39,177 nucleotides of DNA from contig NC_068992.1 of assembly GCF_001194135.2 (NCBI RefSeq), positions 31,913,191 to 31,952,367 on the forward strand, written 5' to 3'. The notes under the pieces were generated by a model. The model did no database searches, was not told where the DNA came from, and saw only the letters and a program-made list of their open reading frames with translations. A program made the translations under genes and the position numbers. The DNA comes from Octopus bimaculoides (taxonomy: Eukaryota). Positions 11,446 to 25,583 of the stretch are shown here, piece by piece. Position 1 is the stretch's first letter, and every line of letters starts with the position of its first letter.

Positions 11446-12059
11446 GCTGCAGTGAACCTCATTCCCTTTGTGTTGTCATATATGCATACATACCTACGCA
11501 TATATATATATATATATATATATATTTTACACACATACAATAAAATAATAACAGGACATAACAACAGATGTCTTTCGACAAAAGACTAATTAATTTAAGC
11601 CGGCGTGTGTGGAAATAAAGCCTTACGGCAGGGATACAAGATTTCACAGGCACAGGGAGGAATGTCGATGTTGCACGCACAACGGCCGGTCAAGAAAGAT
11701 CAGGCTTGGCTGAGCGTCGGTCACGTGGGAAAGCAGAGAGAGGTAGACGCAGAGGGACAAAAGAATTAAGGAGGGGCCAGAAAAATTACAGGGACACAGT
11801 GAAGTGAAAAGTGGAGGGAAAGTGAGCAAGAAGAGAAGGCAAGGAAATATGAGCGAGGGGGGAACGAAAGAACGAAGAGTGGAATGAACAAATAAGGGTG
11901 AAGGGGCTGATAGACAGAAATAGAGTCGTACAAGATACAGGAAAAATGTATGAGACAAAGTGTACGTACGCTGCTATATATATATATATATGTGTGTGTG
12001 CGTGTGTATGTGTGTGTGTGTATGTGTGTGTGTGTGTGAGTGTGTGTGTGTGTTTGTGT

Positions 12060-12275
12060 AAATAATAAAAATAGGACAATAACGCAAAACAAAGAAAACA
12101 AGGAGAGGTCATTCAGAGTTTTCTTTCCTAAGTCGAGATCCAGATTATCTTTGTAATTTCGGCTGGTTATTCTCGATATTGCTCCAATCTGGCCAGCCCG
12201 AAGGAGAAACTAAGCAAGAGGTATAGATTTCTTGGCAGAAAGCAGCGACTGTATACAAAGATAAGGACGGAAAAC
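12060..12275. repeat. Interspersed repeat fragment between microsatellites, unclassified
   Basis: Non-coding block (ggagaggtcattcagag...ggctggttattctcga...ccagcc) that I recall as a common Octopus repeat. Single copy in this window. Confidence 0.4.
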
Positions 12276-12304
12276 ATACATACATACATACATACATACA
12301 TACT

Positions 12305-12336
<32 letters not shown>

Positions 12337-13269
12337 NNNNNNNNNNNNNNNNNNNNNNNNNNNNNNNNNNNNNNNNNNNNNNNNNNNNNNNNNNNNNNNN
12401 NNNNNNNNNNNNNNNNNNNNNNNNNNNNNNNNNNNNNNNNNNNNNNNNNNNNNNNNNNNNNNNNNNNNNNNNNNNNNNNNNNNNNNNNNNNNNNNNNNNN
12501 NNNNNNNNNNNNNNNNNNNNNNNNNNNNNNNNNNNNNNNNNNNNNNNNNNNNNNNNNNNNNNNNNNNNNNNNNNNNNNNNNNNNNNNNNNNNNNNNNNNN
12601 NNNNNNNNNNNNNNNNNNNNNNNNNNNNNNNNNNNNNNNNNNNNNNNNNNNNNNNNNNNNNNNNNNNNNNNNNNNNNNNNNNNNNNNNNNNNNNNNNNNN
12701 NNNNNNNNNNNNNNNNNNNNNNNNNNNNNNNNNNNNNNNNNNNNNNNNNNNNNNNNNNNNNNNNNNNNNNNNNNNNNNNNNNNNNNNNNNNNNNNNNNNN
12801 NNNNNNNNNNNNNNNNNNNNNNNNNNNNNNNNNNNNNNNNNNNNNNNNNNNNNNNNNNNNNNNNNNNNNNNNNNNNNNNNNNNNNNNNNNNNNNNNNNNN
12901 NNNNNNNNNNNNNNNNNNNNNNNNNNNNNNNNNNNNNNNNNNNNNNNNNNNNNNNNNNNNNNNNNNNNNNNNNNNNNNNNNNNNNNNNNNNNNNNNNNNN
13001 NNNNNNNNNNNNNNNNNNNNNNNNNNNNNNNNNNNNNNNNNNNNNNNNNNNNNNNNNNNNNNNNNNNNNNNNNNNNNNNNNNNNNNNNNNNNNNNNNNNN
13101 NNNNNNNNNNNNNNNNNNNNNNNNNNNNNNNNNNNNNNNNNNNNNNNNNNNNNNNNNNNNNNNNNNNNNNNNNNNNNNNNNNNNNNNNNATATATATATA
13201 TATACATTCATATACACACTTAAGTTCGAAAATACGAAGTGTATATTTGGTATAGAGCAAATGTCTAAA

Positions 13270-13790
13270 ATCAGTTATTTGTGAAGTTAGAGTTTTTCCA
13301 GAGAAGCGTTCAACCTTTCAGATTCAAGTCAATGCTGGAATACTTCTGGTGTAGAGAATCCACGTTTCACAACAATTATTCCGTCGTATGGTTTGGGGAA
13401 GAGTAAATAATCCAGTCAGAAGAAGACAAAAAATTCACTGACACGTCTTTAATTAGAAGTTACAAATGTGTCTGTACCATCTCCATTAGCAACGCCAGTT
13501 GACGCGAGACGCTATCGTCTGCATGCACAGCATTCTGTGATTAAATATATAAAGGAGAGCTATTGATAGTTTTCCAACAAGTAGTTCCATCAAATTTCAT
13601 ATTCGCTTCAGCTACGCGCATGAGTAAGCCCTTGAACAAAACAAAACTACTTAGGAATATATAACTTAGAAGAAAATGCATGACAATTGAATAAACTATA
13701 TAGGCGTAAATGTTACATCAAAGGACATTAGGGCACTTATCTAGCAGAAACTGATACCGGGTTGGAATTTAATAAGACATCTGCTGCAAT
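13270..13790 (+). pseudogene. Decayed coding-like segment, unidentified family, copy B
   Basis: One frame reads about 140 codons with scattered stops: ...EYFWCRESTFHNNYSVVWF...LIRSYKCVCTISISNAS...GELLIVFQQVVPSNFIFASATRMSKPLNKTKLLRNI*LR. Confidence 0.4.
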
Positions 13791-13980
13791 AAACAAATTT
13801 TGAAGATTGATAGTTCTTCATTCATCATATATATGTGTATATGTTTGTGTATAAGTGTATAATATATGTGTATAAATGTATATATATATAAATATATATA
13901 TATNNNNNNNNNNNNNNNNNNNNNNNNNNNNNNNNNNNNNNNNNNNNNNNNNNNNNNNNNNNNNNNNNNNNNNNNNNNNN

Positions 13981-14014
<34 letters not shown>

Positions 14015-14069
14015 TGTGTGTGTGTATCCATATGTATGCATCAGAATTTAGTAAAAAGTAAGGTGATTA

Positions 14070-14174
14070 CAATCAAAATAATAATCAAGGATATCCAGAA
14101 GTAATGTAGTACAATCGCTTCGTACAACTTCATTTAATTGAACAATGTAATCATTATATCAACTAAAAATGCAG
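14070..14174 (+). repeat. Interspersed repeat, also at 23551-23651
   Basis: Shared aatcaaaataata...gtacaa...catttaattgaacaatg.a.tcattatatcaa.t.aaatgcag, roughly 75% identical by eye. Confidence 0.75.
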
Positions 14175-14339
14175 AGGGTAGCTCTGCATTTTAAATTTAT
14201 ATAGACACACACACACACGTGCATACACATATATATAGTCATATACTCATGTGTACAAATACGTATCTATGTATACAGACACGTGTGTGCGCATACGCAC
14301 TTACATGCTGAAGGAAACTATCACATCTTCCAAATCTGT

Positions 14340-15000
14340 TTATTACATTATGTTTCTTATTACATTCCAATCTGACACGAGATTCTGCTGGATACGTGTC
14401 GTAATGTCCTTTGATTCAGTTGTAATACATGTTCCTCTAAGATATACATTTCTAAGCAGTTTTGTTTTGTTCAAGGCTTTATTCATGTGTGCGGCTGAAA
14501 GGAATATGAAACTTTGATATAACAACTTGTTGGAAAACTGTTAATAGCTCTCCACTATTCAGTAGTTCTGTAGTAATTAATTTTTGGCATTCAGACCAGA
14601 ACAGATTGGTGCAGCGTCCACGATACTATATGTAAATATTAAAAAGAGAATCATTAAAACATATTCTTTGACTGAATGTCAATTTGGATACCAAAAATAC
14701 AAATTAGAGTATGTGGAAATATATCTGACGAAATCCCTCTCTTTGAACCACCAAGGATTGGCAAGTTGGATGCCACTCATCCGATATGCATCATCTTGCA
14801 ATACAAATATATAATATGCGATCACTATTCAGTATAGAATCATTTTTTGAATTCAAATCCAGTAGATATTCTGTTTCTTCAAATTTATGAAAATTCGAGA
14901 GTGATATTTGTGTTTAAGATCGTTTTGAAGTGTTTAAGATTTTAAAATGAGATGATTTTCCTCTTACCATGACATCCGAATAAGTTTTGCTCCTATATTT
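14340..15000 (-). pseudogene. Decayed coding-like segment, unidentified family, copy C (inverted)
   Basis: 14424-14553 is the reverse complement of 13554-13682 at about 83% identity (22 substitutions and 1 indel by hand count). Reads DDAYRMSGIQLANPWWFKERDF...GELLTVFQQVV...LNKTKLLRNVYLRGTCITTESKDI...WNVIRNIM*. Confidence 0.45.
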
Positions 15001-18000
15001 GCGACCTTCTTCTACTTGTCATTATGCCGAGTCTGGGATGTTGACTTACCTGCTGCTTAACCTCAGATCTTAACTACCTCACCTATTCCATCACGTTCTC
15101 TGTTCCACTTACTCGCACTATCTCTTCTAAAAAAAAACTTTCTGAATATAACAGTTACCCATTACATTTTGGATTATAATTTGTTCCTTCCTACGTGTTT
15201 AAAACTCAAGATAACACAAACATCTGATATCAGTACTTTTACATGCAGGACAGTTTTCCACTTGTTAGTTTATACGTTTAATTTGGCATATTAAAACATC
15301 AATGTTTGCAGTGTAAAATTATATGGAAGATTCCCTTTTGACATTGAGCACGACATATTTCTTTATACGGTATACATATATCTACTATTTAAAAGAAAAT
15401 ATATTTTAAGTGAAGTATACTTCTTTACGATACCATCAATAATGAAAGTAATTTTATTTAATAAACAACTGCGTAATGCATCATTGCAGAAATTTGATAA
15501 CAAAAACATTTCTTAGATAATAATGGCGTTATACCATTTATATGTTGGATGCAAGAGAAAGCATGACAACATCAAAGATACATAATGTTTCATATAGGAT
15601 AAAATACGGCTAGAAGGACAACATCAAAGAATGATAGGAAATCAAATCAAATATGAAAAAAAAATATATCCATGCAAATGTCTGTGGAAAATAGAAAAAA
15701 GAAACCAATTCATACATTTATAGCCGATATAAATTGTCTTTAAAGATAGGATTCAGGAGTCAATAGAAATAGTAAAATATATTATACCAGGATGGTATCT
15801 ATGGATGGTTGAAGTTCGAAGTAAATACTAAAATAATATGTATGCTGAAATACAAAATCATAAATGTTAATATTTTCAGAACAAAGCAATATTGTATCAA
15901 AGAAACATATCTCAACGGACTACTATAGCAAATACAATTATGAAAATAAGTAACATAAAACGAGTAAAACATTATCTATCATGATTCTTATTATAGACAA
16001 CAAAGTGACAGACGAAATAAACTGGCCTGCAATATAAGTGATATTCGTTAGTGTCGATGGTGAATTTGTAGTACAACAAAAGAAAACGATTTACTCTATC
16101 GAAGCACATTTCATGCCTTCATTACTCGCAAACGCATACGTCAGATTCAATATTTGAAACATTTGGATGAATAACGATGAATAGCTGTTGACAACTTATG
16201 AGAATTAACCTTTCACACAACCAATATGTCGATGGTGATTGTCATAGCATCTACTGCAACAGTAGCCACTGCAGCAGCATAATGTTAATCTCTAATTTCA
16301 TATGAAATATCTTGCGACATTTCCAATATATTTCTGTCCCCAAATACACGCAGTACTTTTCAGCGTACAAGAAGATGTAACTGGTTATGTATAATTCCTG
16401 ATGGCTATGTAAAAATACTTCATATCACAGTTATAACCAAATACAATGAAGTGCATATCAGGCAGTACAGACATTCCATACTTTCGTGTGATGCATATGC
16501 TACATTTGAAGGTGATATGTTGCCCTGGTGAATGCATACAATGTTTGCATGATAGTTTACCACAATTTGGAACCTAGCTTCGTCTCATAATAAATAATTG
16601 CTATTTATAATTTTATATATGACAGATTCCGTGGCGGTAAACGATTAGAGGATAACTCTATCCATGAGATATCATTTAAAAGGGAAACTGGATAACGTTA
16701 GAGGATGCAAAATATAGGACGTGGTGCATATACGCAATAAGAGTGCCAAATGAATAATTTGATGAAATTTCACTTGGAGCTGTGTATATAATATTGAATT
16801 GTGAAGGTATCTTCGGCTCAGAAAGAAATGTTTATAACATAACGGCACAACATTTTTCATCCGTCAAAATATCGTTCTTTGTTTGACAGAAAACATGCCA
16901 CCGTAATAGACACGTGAAAAAAACAATCTTTCTCCTCTTCAATCATATTTCAACTACAATTAGCAACTTCTGAAGCAACTTCCTTGAGAAGAACAAATAC
17001 GAACAGCATATTTAAGTCATATTCATTAAGCAAATTCACTAAGTTATATGACTGATATAGCATTCAAGGAAATCGTGTTTGTGAACTGTATGTTTATAGT
17101 TCCTTTCTGTACTTACGATAACTTTTATATATATTAAACATGATGTACGTAAACTTTTCCTCTTTTCATGAAACAACGCTAAAACCTTGTACTGAATTGA
17201 CTTTAAATTATTGTTAGAATTATCACATTAACAGAAAAAGTGTCATTTAAACAATTAAACAATCATATCTTCAGTTGAAGTTGTCACCGTAGCACGTTCT
17301 CTGCGCATACTACTATGGTAGTACATTTGAGATTTCCTTTAGCGAAACGACTTCCTATATTAACATATTTAAGCAACATATACCATTCAATTACTGATAA
17401 CAATTTTCCTTTGTTCCAAACTTCTTTTTCTTTCAGACACAACTGGTGTTATTATACCTAACGTTATAACATAGATAACAACGAAATTTTTTCTAATTAT
17501 CATTTTACATGTCCTCTATCGTATTCTTTGACAGATGCAACATATCTTTGTAAACTGCCAGCATTTCTATGGATTTCATATCTCTTGATATATTTTTGTT
17601 TTACATTTTCATTAATCGGATTAGAGTTGATGAAACAAGTAACGTGAGAAGGGAAGCTACCATGAAATTGGTATTTTAAATAAAATCTTATTAAAGTCAA
17701 ATTTATGGCATATGTGATGACGTGGAGAAAAAAATGAAACAACAATTAATATAACCTAAATCTCACAAATACCCACTAACATACATATTATATTTCACAT
17801 GTATACTTATAATAAATGGCCAATGATCGCATTTATATAACTTCCTGGTCTATATTTTATTTATTTATAACTTACGTTGAATACATGATATATTGTCTGA
17901 AATCAGAAAGGGGAAAGCAACAATATTTATGTCTAATCATTTAATAAAAGTAGAGCACAAGTCAAGTATTCACCAGACTCAAGGAAATGTAGAATATTCT

Positions 18001-18329
18001 ACACCGTTATTCGATTCGTTAGGTGTTTAAAAGCATGGGCAATCTTTCTTAAATTACATTCAATTACCTGAAATCTTAGAAATACACTCAGAAAGCAATA
18101 TAGTCCACACGGAATGATATCGTCATGATCACAAGCCACTTTTATTATAAATTTTGGTGGGGAAATTCCACCTGTAATTAAACAACAAAAACAATACTGA
18201 ACAATGGTGAGGTAGGACGTTATTATATTTTTTACTACTGTTTCGTTTTGATTATGAAATAGTTAAGAAACATATATGAAACTAACTAATGTCGACAAAT
18301 CTGCAGTTACAACACAAACATGAACGCAC

Positions 18330-18368
18330 ACATACACACACATATATACGCACATATATATATATACA

Positions 18369-18404
<36 letters not shown>

Positions 18405-18409
18405 GACAC

Positions 18410-18445
<36 letters not shown>
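18330..18445. repeat. (CA)/(TACA)/(TA) microsatellite block
   Basis: Visible. Similar blocks at 11975-12055, 12275-12336, 13830-14030, 19690-19925, 20870-21000, 21375-21470, 23330-23555 and 33590-33700. Confidence 0.95.
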
Positions 18446-18446
<1 letters not shown>

Positions 18447-19752
18447 TAATTGGATATTGCATATCGGCACTGAAAATACGAACTATATGTTGTCAAACAT
18501 GTTTGCTACATCTATAGAAAGTTACAAAGATCACATGCTTGTATATGCTTATCTTCCCTGGGGCGAGCCGTTAAAGATCTGAACTCGCCACGTAGCTGAA
18601 AATGTATGTCCTCGTGTTCTAGCCTCTATGCAATTATACTGTCCAAAGTACTGAAAGATATTTTTCATAATATAAAATGTAGATATTAAAACAACTAACT
18701 CCCAGCTACTTAGAAATTGATATCAATTAGATTAATATATATATATACTATAGATTTAGGATTATATCAACCAGAGTTCGGAACAATGGCGAATTGTGAT
18801 ACTATGGAAAAAAGAATTTTACTGAGCATGCCTCAATTTAAGTGCGCCATATGGAGCTATATGCTTAAGCCGAGACAAAACTGATAGCAAGTTTCCAGTA
18901 TGAGAGAAATTGTAAAAGATAAAGGTAATTTTTGGTAATATAGCTGAGTACTCTAACATTTAACTGCTTCTAGGTTTCATCGCCCATTCTCTTTGAGGAT
19001 TTATCCTTTTTATACGATGCAATTTGTAACTTATGCCGATCGACACATATTTTGTCGCATTTATTTAAATATATGTCTTTTCCTTAACAACTGCTACTAA
19101 TGTTTGAAATGTGTCTGCAGCTACTGCTCCATCTATATAGAAATTCTCTGGTATAAGTAAACGAATGATACTCTATAATTTTATGCTGACTTTTAGCGCT
19201 ATACTCGTACAAGATATTAACTTAAACGTTTAAAATAACTGATTATTGTTGGTGACGTCTAGCATTGGTTCTTTCCCCGGAATTATTGAACCAATGCATG
19301 TGAATAGATAGCTCTATATTTATTGAAATCATCTGAAATTTAGCCATTACGCGTATTTCATTAATCTAACATTCTATTGTTAATATTTACTGTTTTACAA
19401 TTAAGTGCAGATATTTTCCTTTGAAATGAGATTTATAATGATTGTAAATCGGTATAATAAAACTATGACCTACTTGTTTGCTGTAGTCATAAACAATTAA
19501 TTTCTTTGTTCATTGACTCTCTTAATTCTTTTCAAAATGAATAAAAGATATCCACAAATTTATATTTATATACATGCAGGCAGTTTTACGCTCAGTAAGT
19601 GCTTCTGGTACGGTTTCCGCAATTTCATTATAATTCATCGTATTCAGAATATGTGAAGTTGAGATCTGCTACAATATAGTCATTCATATGGACAACACAC
19701 ACATGCACACATGCATATAAATACATACATACATATATATGTATGTATGTAT

Positions 19753-19823
<71 letters not shown>

Positions 19824-19881
19824 CGTACATACATACATACATACATACATGCATACGTACGTACATACATACATACATACA

Positions 19882-19917
<36 letters not shown>

Positions 19918-21479
19918 TATAATTATATGTGTGTGTAAGTAAGTTACGTATCCTTGAACATAAAAATCATGAATTCATAATTGAAATCATAATTAGAAAC
20001 AAATATGTTGAAAATATATGAATCGAAATTTAGAATTGCTTGAAAGATTTAAATGTATTTCAGTGAAATTCATACATAGTGCCTTCAGTCTGTCTCTGCT
20101 AATATATATACAAGTACTATATAAACGCATTCATGCATGCTTACGTACATACATAAACATACACATACTTGTATAAATATGTATATACATACAAACACAC
20201 CCATATATATACACACATTCATTAACACACACACATTTACATAGTTAAGGAAGATAATATACACATCAGAGAAACATTATTGTGTTAATTGTTCATTTCA
20301 TTCATATAATTATCGGTCAGATTATCGCAAATTTTTACTCAAATGAAATATGGAAAGTGAGAGAAAATCTTTATATTGTAATTGTAATAGACATTTCGGT
20401 GTAATAGATTTACTGTTTAGCATGGTATTGTATTCTAAGCTCAATTTTATAATATTATTATGTTTCTCATTTATTGACTGTCATATCAGCTAGATTTCAA
20501 AAACTAAGGAAGTATCAAGTAATCTTTATAAATTACATTTAGTATAGGTTTAGTGTCATAATACCATTCAAACGAATTCCCTAATCATCAACAAACAATT
20601 TCAAAAATATAAATTCAGTCTCTCCTGGAAGCAATAAACAGAATTGAGAGAAACTACAAAAGAACTAAAGTGGCAGAAGTATAATACTGTGAAAAGTAAT
20701 TTTTTAAAATGTGCTATAATCTAATATGTATAAAATAGACAGTGAGTATATGTATGAGAGTGTAAGAGTTGATGGACAATTATCAGTGTAGAAGCAATTT
20801 ACAGCACAATGAGAGCACTTAATACACCTCAATATGTGAAGTTATCTGTCGGCGTGAAAACAGCATTGTATACATACATACACGCAAGCACTCGCTGCCA
20901 CACATACAAACACACACACACACGCACGCACAAACACACACACGTACGCACAAACACACACACGCGCACACACACACACACTCACACACAGATATGTACA
21001 CATGAGGACGAATAATAGTTTCTACGTTTATACACATACAAGTGTGAATATGCAACATGCCTTTGAGTGAGTGTGAACCCATATTATTATGTGTGTTTAT
21101 TGTGTGTCAGAGTATGCGTCACAATTTATCACATGCCATTGTTAAAATGTTATAAATGAAATTTGCTTATTAATGTTGTATGACAGATGAGCTTGTTCTA
21201 GGATCGATCCTTAGTTCTTGTATCTCTCAGAATCATGCATTTTTCTCACTATTTGTATATATTACAAACGTTTTCTTAATAGAATGTTCACAGGATGAAA
21301 AAGGAATTGTAAAGGTGTTTCTGTTCTAATGGGAATGAAACCAAATGCAAAATAATTACTAAGTTCAAAATATATTTATGTGTGTGTGTGTGTGAGGGGG
21401 TGCGTTCGTGCGTGTGTGTGTGTGTGTGTGAGAGTGCTTGTGTACGTGTGTTTATGTGTGCGTGCGTGTGTACTTAGCT

Positions 21480-22120
21480 GATTAAGATGTGTACGTATTG
21501 GTTGAGATTTGAAGCTGTGTGGTAATTCTATTATATTTTCCAGCACATAGACGGTGAAACTTGATGTGCCTGTATGTTCTGGAAATCACGCTTATTGTTC
21601 TAGTGAATATTTCTGGATTTGAATCCCTACAATATACGGACCTTCTCAGTTTAGCTAAATACACATATCTTTGTTCATTTGATAAATGGCATGGACCTAT
21701 CCAGACTTTTGCATTTGATGCTCTATGGTGTTCCTTTGTTTCTTATGTCCCATCTCGTTTTGGAAGAACCGGTGTTGTCCTCTTTTCTGGACATTTACAG
21801 GACGCATATATGAGTAGTACCTTTGTTTGAACTAACTTGTACCAAACCCACTGGTTTCAACTGGTGTAATGGTAGCTTCATATTGTATATACTTCACATA
21901 TCAATCTTTTTATAGTATGTTGCTCTCCTTTCTTCTTCAGAAACATCCACTTTTTCTTCGGATATGATTTTCTGTTTGACTTTCAACATTATAGAAAGCG
22001 TGCAGGAGTGGCTGATTTTCACCGAATACCAGCTGAATATCAGAAGGATAAGCATTCCCTACCACTCAACATTATATAGTAAGATACACAGAAGTAGGCT
22101 TTCGATGAGAATGTTTACTG
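21480..22120 (-). mobile_element. Penelope-like element, GIY-YIG endonuclease region (decayed)
   Basis: FSWYSVKISHSC, IQYEATIT, FKQRYY, SKTRWDIRNKG.P.SIK.KSLDRS.P...C...TEKVRIL, matching the C-terminal endonuclease of Penelope-like elements. Confidence 0.75.
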
Positions 22121-23055
22121 AAGTCTACAGTATTTGTAGCATTGTGGCTTCACACACTATACATTTCAATAATGGGTATTGAATTAAGTGGGAGGCAAAC
22201 AAATGTAATGGATAGAACATATGAGGAGCTGGTTCAACAACAGTGACAAGGAAGTTGGACAAATTGGGTTTATAGGAAAAACGTTAGTTGTAGTGTCATT
22301 AATGTGGTCCAGGGGTATGATACATGAATACGACGAAGAATACCTATCTGTTTCTTATATAATTCAGTGCAATATTATTTGTCGGTATTATGCAGCTATA
22401 CTGTGGTATAGAATATCAACATGATATCCATATCAAATCACTAGAACAATGAATGCTTCTGATAACAGTTATGGTATAAGAAAGAGCAGCAATAATTCCA
22501 TCTTTCAAAAGCTAATAAATGCTATTGCTAGCGGTGAATCCGGAAAGCATAAAAGAGATGCATGCTTGTCTTCGACTATATACTGACTGATTAACCAAGA
22601 AAAAAAAAACCCTGAGTAGCTCTACCATACCACCACAGTTTCTAATTTGGATGTAAGTACAGTAACATATAAGATGCTGTTGCCTGTATTACAACACTAA
22701 TGTCTGATACTTTATATTTTAAATCTTTGATGGATAAATTGCATTGTCAATCCCCGTATCATTGAAAATCGGACTGCAGAGGGAACTAACACGAGTAGAG
22801 ATTTCCCGTTCCAATAATAAGTGTGCTACTCTTACATCTATTCTGATATATTTATTATGAGACACAGGTCCTCGGTGAAATTCAGAAGAACACAATTCAC
22901 AAGATACAGTTAGTTTAATTAAACTGCAGGTTCATTCATAGAAAGTGATGCGGAGCTTGAAAGTTACTAAAGAATATACTTGGGTGAATCAAGTACTTAT
23001 ATGACACAGATTTATAATATACAGGAACATACCCATATGCATGCCCATGCATACA

Positions 23056-23330
23056 TACGGCAATCGGCTGAAAAGTACTAAGGCTGACCACGACACTCTT
23101 ACGGAAGGTGACCATATGAAGTTTAATTTTCAACATACATTCTGCGCTCCATATATTTCTTCTATCGGTGCTGCAGTGCTTCGTTCCCATTGGTGAAGGA
23201 GATTTCGTCTGTTGGAGAAAAAAAGTCAACAACAGAATCTAAAATGTCATCATCACTGTGATACTGGTTCACAGCCAAATGTTTCTCCATGTTGGGTAAA
23301 GGAGAATTTTCAGTTGGGGTCACATCAAGA
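23056..23330 (-). mobile_element. mariner transposon 3' end with terminal inverted repeat
   Basis: PNMEKHLAVNQYHSDDDILDSVVDFF...SFTNGNEALQHR*KK resembles the mariner transposase C-terminus. TA plus TIR-like cggcaatcggctgaaaagtactaaggctga at 23056-23087. A similar TIR remnant lies at ~25357-25380. Confidence 0.8.
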
Positions 23331-23405
23331 TATATATGCATATACATACATACATACATACATACACACACACGCGCACGCACACACACACACACAGACA
23401 CACAT

Positions 23406-23484
<79 letters not shown>

Positions 23485-23502
23485 CAGACAGACAGACACA
23501 CG

Positions 23503-23554
<52 letters not shown>

Positions 23555-24649
23555 CAAAATAATAAACATAATATCAATTAGTGATGCAGTACAACCGTTT
23601 CAATCGGCTCCATTTAATTGAACAATGCAGTCATTATATCAATTGAAATGCAGGCCTATCCTCAGTTGCATAAATGAATAGAAGTTTTTAATCAGTTGGA
23701 CACATTAATATAATCTTACTCAAATTCTCTAACAGAGCAAGAAAAGGGAGAACGTCCATTTTGCTACTAATGTGACTCAGAATATACTACACTTCTAAGA
23801 ACTGTATGAAGTTTGTTAGAGTCATAGCTTGTAAACTATGACCCTAATAACTTTTAAGTCATTACTCTTTTTTTTTTATCAATTACCACATCTAAGGCTA
23901 GGGGACATTGTCTGTTTAGACTGGATAGAAAGAGAGGGTTGACAGTTTGTAGTTGGGTATCGTCATAAATATTGTCAGGATTTTAGAAAATGCATAACTA
24001 ATTGTCTATAAAGCAGGCAGGTTAGGGGAAGACACTAAGTCAAGATGTTGATACCAGTTAAAGGGGCAAGATGCTAATAAAATCAATGATGTTAATACAG
24101 AGAAAATTATCAGGGATGATTGTATATAAACATTATTGTTATGTTATATGAAGATAAAATTTAAGATTACTAAACATATTATAACCAGAATAGATAAAAT
24201 GTGTATGTATACCAATTTTCAACATTAGAAAAGGAAGATTAGATAGAATTCGTTTAAAATTCATAACTATACATAATTATTTACTTATAAGTTGGTTTCC
24301 ATAAAGATTTCTCTGGGTACTTACTTCTGGAATACTGAGGTGATACATACACATCTTAAACTATATGCACACGTGCACATATACACAAATATTCGTCATT
24401 TATGATGAGTATGCTATAATCAACTCTTCTAGAATTAAGTAACTAGAAAGTTTATATTTCTCTTTAAGAGCATCAATAAGTTATAAGAGATAAGAGGTTA
24501 ATAGGTAAAGATATCAAAATAAGAAAGCACAATAATAAGAAATAATAGAGAATAAAAATAAAATATGTATAACTTATTATAACACTAGTAGGTAGGTTCG
24601 CATCATATATGACACTAAAATTAATTTCTCCTGTCCAGGTTCAAGTGCA

Positions 24650-25055
24650 GCACTTATAACCACCAATTTCGAAAATATTTAAAGGATCGGGTGACATTAT
24701 GTATGCATGATACCCTTAGGTCTAATCTACTATTAACCAGGTTGCTCATGTCCTTATACTTAAAACTTTCTTAATAGTCCATAGAGCACCGCTCGCACCC
24801 GTACCGACTATCTCTATAAGGCTGCAATTTCTTTATAATATACCATTTTAGGCTAAATTCGATTCCGCTTTCCTTCAGTTCTCAAACCGTGGTAGATAAG
24901 GACGTTCATTTTACCTAATGGAAAAATAGTTATTAATGCGTGTTTTCATATTTATTGAACATCCTGCATATACGAAGTTACCAGCTACATTTGTGGTAGT
25001 ACAGTTATAGACTACGTTTTGGGTTAGGCATTGGCCTAATAACGGACAGTGGGAA
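24650..25055 (-). mobile_element. Penelope-like element, GIY-YIG endonuclease (decayed)
   Basis: CPLLGQCLTQNVVYNCTTT...YAGCS..MKTRINN; LSTTV*ELKESGIEFSLKWYIIKKLQPY...C; NLVNSRLDLRVSCIH. Confidence 0.8.
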
Positions 25056-25489
25056 ATATTATTAATACACGCACACACACACATATGTAAATATATGTAT
25101 GTATATATATATATATNNNNNNNNNNNNNNNNNNNNNNNNNNNNNNNNNNNNNNNNNNNNNNNNNNNNNNNNNNNNNNNNNNNNNNNNNNNNNNNNNNNN
25201 NNNNNNNNNNNNNNNNNNNNNNNNNNNNNNNNNNNNNNNNNNNNNNNNNNNNNNNNNNNNNNNNNNNNNNNNNNNNNNNNNNNNNNNNNNNNNNNNNNNN
25301 NNNNNNNNNNNNNNNNNNNNNNNNNNNNNNNNNNNNNNNNNNNNNNNNNATATATATATGGGCTGAAAGGTTCATAGGCGTTTTTCTAGTGCCCGAGAGC
25401 ATCAGATACAAATGAAATTCAGTGTTTATTATTCTGCGCAAGTCTGCTCTGAAGATGATGTAACAATTTGAAAGATTACTACTATAATT

Positions 25490-25500
25490 ACTTTTATCAC

Positions 25501-25564
<64 letters not shown>

Positions 25565-25570
25565 GTTATT
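25490..25570. repeat. (ATT)n microsatellite
   Basis: Visible. Confidence 0.97.
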
Positions 25571-25583
25571 ACCATAATTAATA

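Noticed and set aside
12150-12215. GGCUGG...CCAGCC-GAAA on the minus strand as a hammerhead
   Set aside because: A stem II and GAAA are present but there is no CUGANGA core upstream.
14800-14900. TIR-domain-like NSDRILYICIAR*CISDEW on the minus strand
   Set aside because: The resemblance is short, lacks the other TIR boxes, and partly lies in a different frame from the one shared by the paralogs.
17500-17745. ORF with YQFHGS resembling a PARP catalytic motif
   Set aside because: No downstream G.YF motif; a single short match.
19095-19140. Possible fourth copy of the unidentified paralog (aaatgtgtctg)
   Set aside because: An 11-nt match only; the flanks do not align.
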